This document shows, in pieces, positions 59,953 through 62,192 of a stretch of DNA of 62,192 nt; the first letter of the stretch is position 1; each line of letters opens with the position of its first letter. The DNA is from an uncultured Rhizobium sp. (GTDB taxonomy: Bacteria; Pseudomonadota; Alphaproteobacteria; Rickettsiales; UBA1997): contig CAZCWN010000002.1 of assembly GCA_964502375.1 (NCBI GenBank), positions 1-62,192 of the forward strand. Reading direction: 5' to 3'. A program made the translations under genes and the position numbers. Below the pieces are notes generated by a model that saw only the letters and a program-made list of their open reading frames with translations, did no database searches and was not told the origin of the DNA.

Positions 59953-61662
59953 TTAATTCATGCGGTCGGTCATATCAACCACGCGCATTAATTCTTTTAA
60001 ATCGGTGATTCCGGAGACTACTTTTTGTACACCGTCTTCAACCATTGGTACAAAACCTTCTTTTAAGGCGTGAGCCATCATTACTTTGCGGTTGGCGCCA
60101 CTAACTATTAAATCGTCGAGTTCGCGGTCAAAAGGTAAAATTTCACAGATCACCACGCGCCCTTTATAGCCTGAGCCACCACATTTTTCACAGCCCTGCG
60201 CCTTATAAATTTTGTCGACATTACTATATTTAGGGCCAAGTAGCCTTTTTTCAAATGCACTAACTTCAGATTCTTTTTTGCAATGGAGGCAAAGTTTTCT
60301 AGCTAGACGCTGTGCAACCACGCAAATCAAGGAGCCAGACATCAAATAATTTGGTACGCCAATATTCATTAAACGCGGAATAGCGCTCAAAGCATCGTTG
60401 GTGTGTAAGCTGGTATAAACTTGGTGGCCGGTCATAGCTGCTTGAATAGCGGTAATAGCTGTTTCCGAATCACGAATTTCACCAACCAGAATTACATCTG
60501 GGTCCTGACGTAATATGGCTTTAATACCGGAAGCAAAATCCATGCCCACATCGCTGCGAATATTTGACTGGCGGATTAGCGGTATATGATATTCCACCGG
60601 ATCCTCCAACGTCATTATGTTTTTATCGATTGAATTTATGTAACTTAAAACCGTGTAAAGCGTAGTGGTTTTACCAGAGCCGGTTGGGCCGGTAAGAATA
60701 ATCACGCCTTCCGGCCGTTGTACCATTTTTTTGATTAAATTCATGCTGTGCTCGGAAAAACCAAGCTTATCCAAAGTTAGGATAGATTGCTTTTCGTCCA
60801 AAATACGCATGACGATATTTTCGCCATTGATAGTGGGATGGGTTGAAACACGAAAATCAATTTTGCGGCCCAGGATTTCGGAATTGATACGCCCATCTTG
60901 CGATTTTCTAGTTTCCGCGATATTCATGCTCGAAAGAATTTTAATACGAACGGCGATCGCCGACCAATAATCTTTGTGAATGCTGCGAATTTGTGCCATC
61001 TTGCCGTCAATACGATAACGTATGCGCAAGAAACTATTTTCCGGTTCAAAGTGTAAGTCAGAGGCGCCACGATGCACCGCGTCAGTTAAAATGGCATCCA
61101 CCAAGCGCACCATCGGGCTTTTATAATCGCCCTTAAGCTGCGTTTCATCATTGATATTTTTATTATTTCCGGCGCTTTCAATTTCCTTCAAAATGCCTTC
61201 GATCGACATTTCATAGTCATAATATTGATCGATGGCCTGCAGAATATCAGCTTCTGGCGTATAAACCGGATTGATATGAAAATTTGGCGGGAAATAACGG
61301 CGCACTTGGTCAATTGCCACAATGTCAAAAACGTCCGCCATGGCCACAGTGATGGAATCATGCGTATAAGAAACGGGAATTATTTTACTGTGAGTGGCAA
61401 AATCTTTCGGAACTTTTCGAACCAGCTTGGCATCAATGATTGACGATTTTATATCGAATTTAGTAATACCGCTTGATTCATTTAAAATCTCGCCCAATGC
61501 CCCTTCTGAAATAAAGCCCATATCCACCAAAATGGCGCCAATAGTTTTTACACCTTTTAGGCGTTCGCGTTCTTTGAGGGCTATGGTTAACTGATCTTGG
61601 GAGATAACTTTTTTCTCTACCAATTTTGCACCAAGATCGGCATTAACTAATGAGGTTGGCAT
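59953..61662 (-). CDS. GspE/PulE/PilB-family secretion/pilus-assembly ATPase
   Basis: N-terminal MshEN/T2SSE_N-like domain (ISQDQLTIALKE..ILVDMGFISEGAL), Walker A GPTGSGKTTT, Asp and His boxes, and a tetracysteine motif CLHC..CEKC. The internal ATG at 61660-61662 is preferred to the ORF-track start at 61725. Confidence 0.88.
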   Translation of the reverse strand: MPTSLVNADLGAKLVEKKVISQDQLTIALKERERLKGVKTIGAILVDMGFISEGALGEILNESSGITKFDIKSSIIDAKLVRKVPKDFATHSKIIPVSYTHDSITVAMADVFDIVAIDQVRRYFPPNFHINPVYTPEADILQAIDQYYDYEMSIEGILKEIESAGNNKNINDETQLKGDYKSPMVRLVDAILTDAVHRGASDLHFEPENSFLRIRYRIDGKMAQIRSIHKDYWSAIAVRIKILSSMNIAETRKSQDGRINSEILGRKIDFRVSTHPTINGENIVMRILDEKQSILTLDKLGFSEHSMNLIKKMVQRPEGVIILTGPTGSGKTTTLYTVLSYINSIDKNIMTLEDPVEYHIPLIRQSNIRSDVGMDFASGIKAILRQDPDVILVGEIRDSETAITAIQAAMTGHQVYTSLHTNDALSAIPRLMNIGVPNYLMSGSLICVVAQRLARKLCLHCKKESEVSAFEKRLLGPKYSNVDKIYKAQGCEKCGGSGYKGRVVICEILPFDRELDDLIVSGANRKVMMAHALKEGFVPMVEDGVQKVVSGITDLKELMRVVDMTDRMN

Positions 61663-61920
61663 TTTATGTTTGAGTAAAATGGGGATTGTTTTGAAGAAAA
61701 GGGCGTAGACTATGCCCAAATTCATTCGTCATCAATTTTTCAGAAATTTTGAGCGATTTTTTAAAAAAACTTTGTAGCTGTATTAACAAGTCGCAAAAAT
61801 TTCTTAAAAAATTAGAAAAAATTTGTGGAAAAGCGGTGGCGAATGAATTTGAATACAGGCCTCTGTATCATCTTTTGGCTCGCTTCATTGTCAAGAAAGC
61901 AAACTTTTTTGGAATAATTC

Positions 61921-62192
61921 ATGTCAGTTGTTACTCGTTTTGCTCCATCACCAACGGGATATTTACATATCGGCGGAGCGCGCACGGCACTTTTTAACTA
62001 TCTTTTTGCCAAACATCATGGCGGGAAATTCTTACTAAGAATTGAGGATACAGATGAAAAAAGATCCACAAAAGAAGCTATCGATGCCATCCTACAGGGC
62101 CTTGATTGGCTTGGTCTGAAGTATAACGGAGACTATTTTCTGCAATCAAAAAATTTTGCTCGCCACCAGGAAGTTGCCCAGAAGTTGCTTGA
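61921..62192 (+). CDS. gltX: Glutamyl-tRNA synthetase, N-terminal ~90 codons (runs off the right edge)
   Basis: ATG at 61921. [45 protein letters not shown] carries the class-I HIGH motif typical of GluRS. Absent from the ORF track because there is no stop codon before the window ends. Confidence 0.9.
   Translation, partial: MSVVTRFAPSPTGYLHIGGARTALFNYLFAKHHGGKFLLRIEDTDEKRSTKEAIDAILQGLDWLGLKYNGDYFLQSKNFARHQEVAQKLL

Overview
AT-rich, very gene-dense chromosomal segment on the standard genetic code: about 55 protein genes, 2 tRNAs, and many 1-32 nt gene overlaps. Most of it reads as core genome of an alphaproteobacterial, probably host-associated, Rickettsiales/Holosporales-like organism. That placement is an inference from a virB4-virB6-type pair, a split PntA subunit, and broken-up nuo, mla, lol, dcw and str operons. 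Recognisable content, by group: (1) biosynthesis and central metabolism: carAB, glnA, pyrB, argF, metE, panB, thiC, eno, pgi, ubiE; (2) translation and RNA: a tuf start at the left edge, a gltX start at the right edge, typA, rph, rlmN, queA, tsaB, rpsP, tRNA-Thr(GGU), tRNA-Cys(GCA); (3) envelope: murG, a RodZ-like HTH protein, an AsmA-like protein, lolC/E, mlaE and mlaF at separate sites, DsbA-like, DsbB, a GT2 transferase, a sulfatase/LTA-synthase-like protein, PAP2; (4) a TonB-dependent receptor-exbB-exbD-tonB block with a ZnuA-like binding protein; (5) secretion parts: virB4 plus one giant VirB6/TrbL-like protein, an orphan PilB/GspE ATPase, and a prepilin-type protein with a LamG-like C-terminus. 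I saw no CRISPR array, transposase, integrase, phage, restriction-modification or clear toxin-antitoxin module, so I do not claim a new defence-type system. The most unusual items are: (a) the virB4 + single 1002-aa VirB6-like gene, whose ~500-aa N-terminal region is extremely cysteine-rich and which has no virB2/virB3 nearby; (b) a dsbA-like-mlaF-prepilin/LamG co-directional unit; (c) an orphan pntAB translationally coupled to a sulfatase-PAP2 pair upstream of a thiC that lacks a THI-box; (d) a 590-bp non-coding island between pyrB and metE that carries its own plus-strand terminator, a 14-bp perfect inverted repeat and a possible 40-codon hydrophobic peptide. All product calls come from reading the supplied translations by eye. 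No database search was run.
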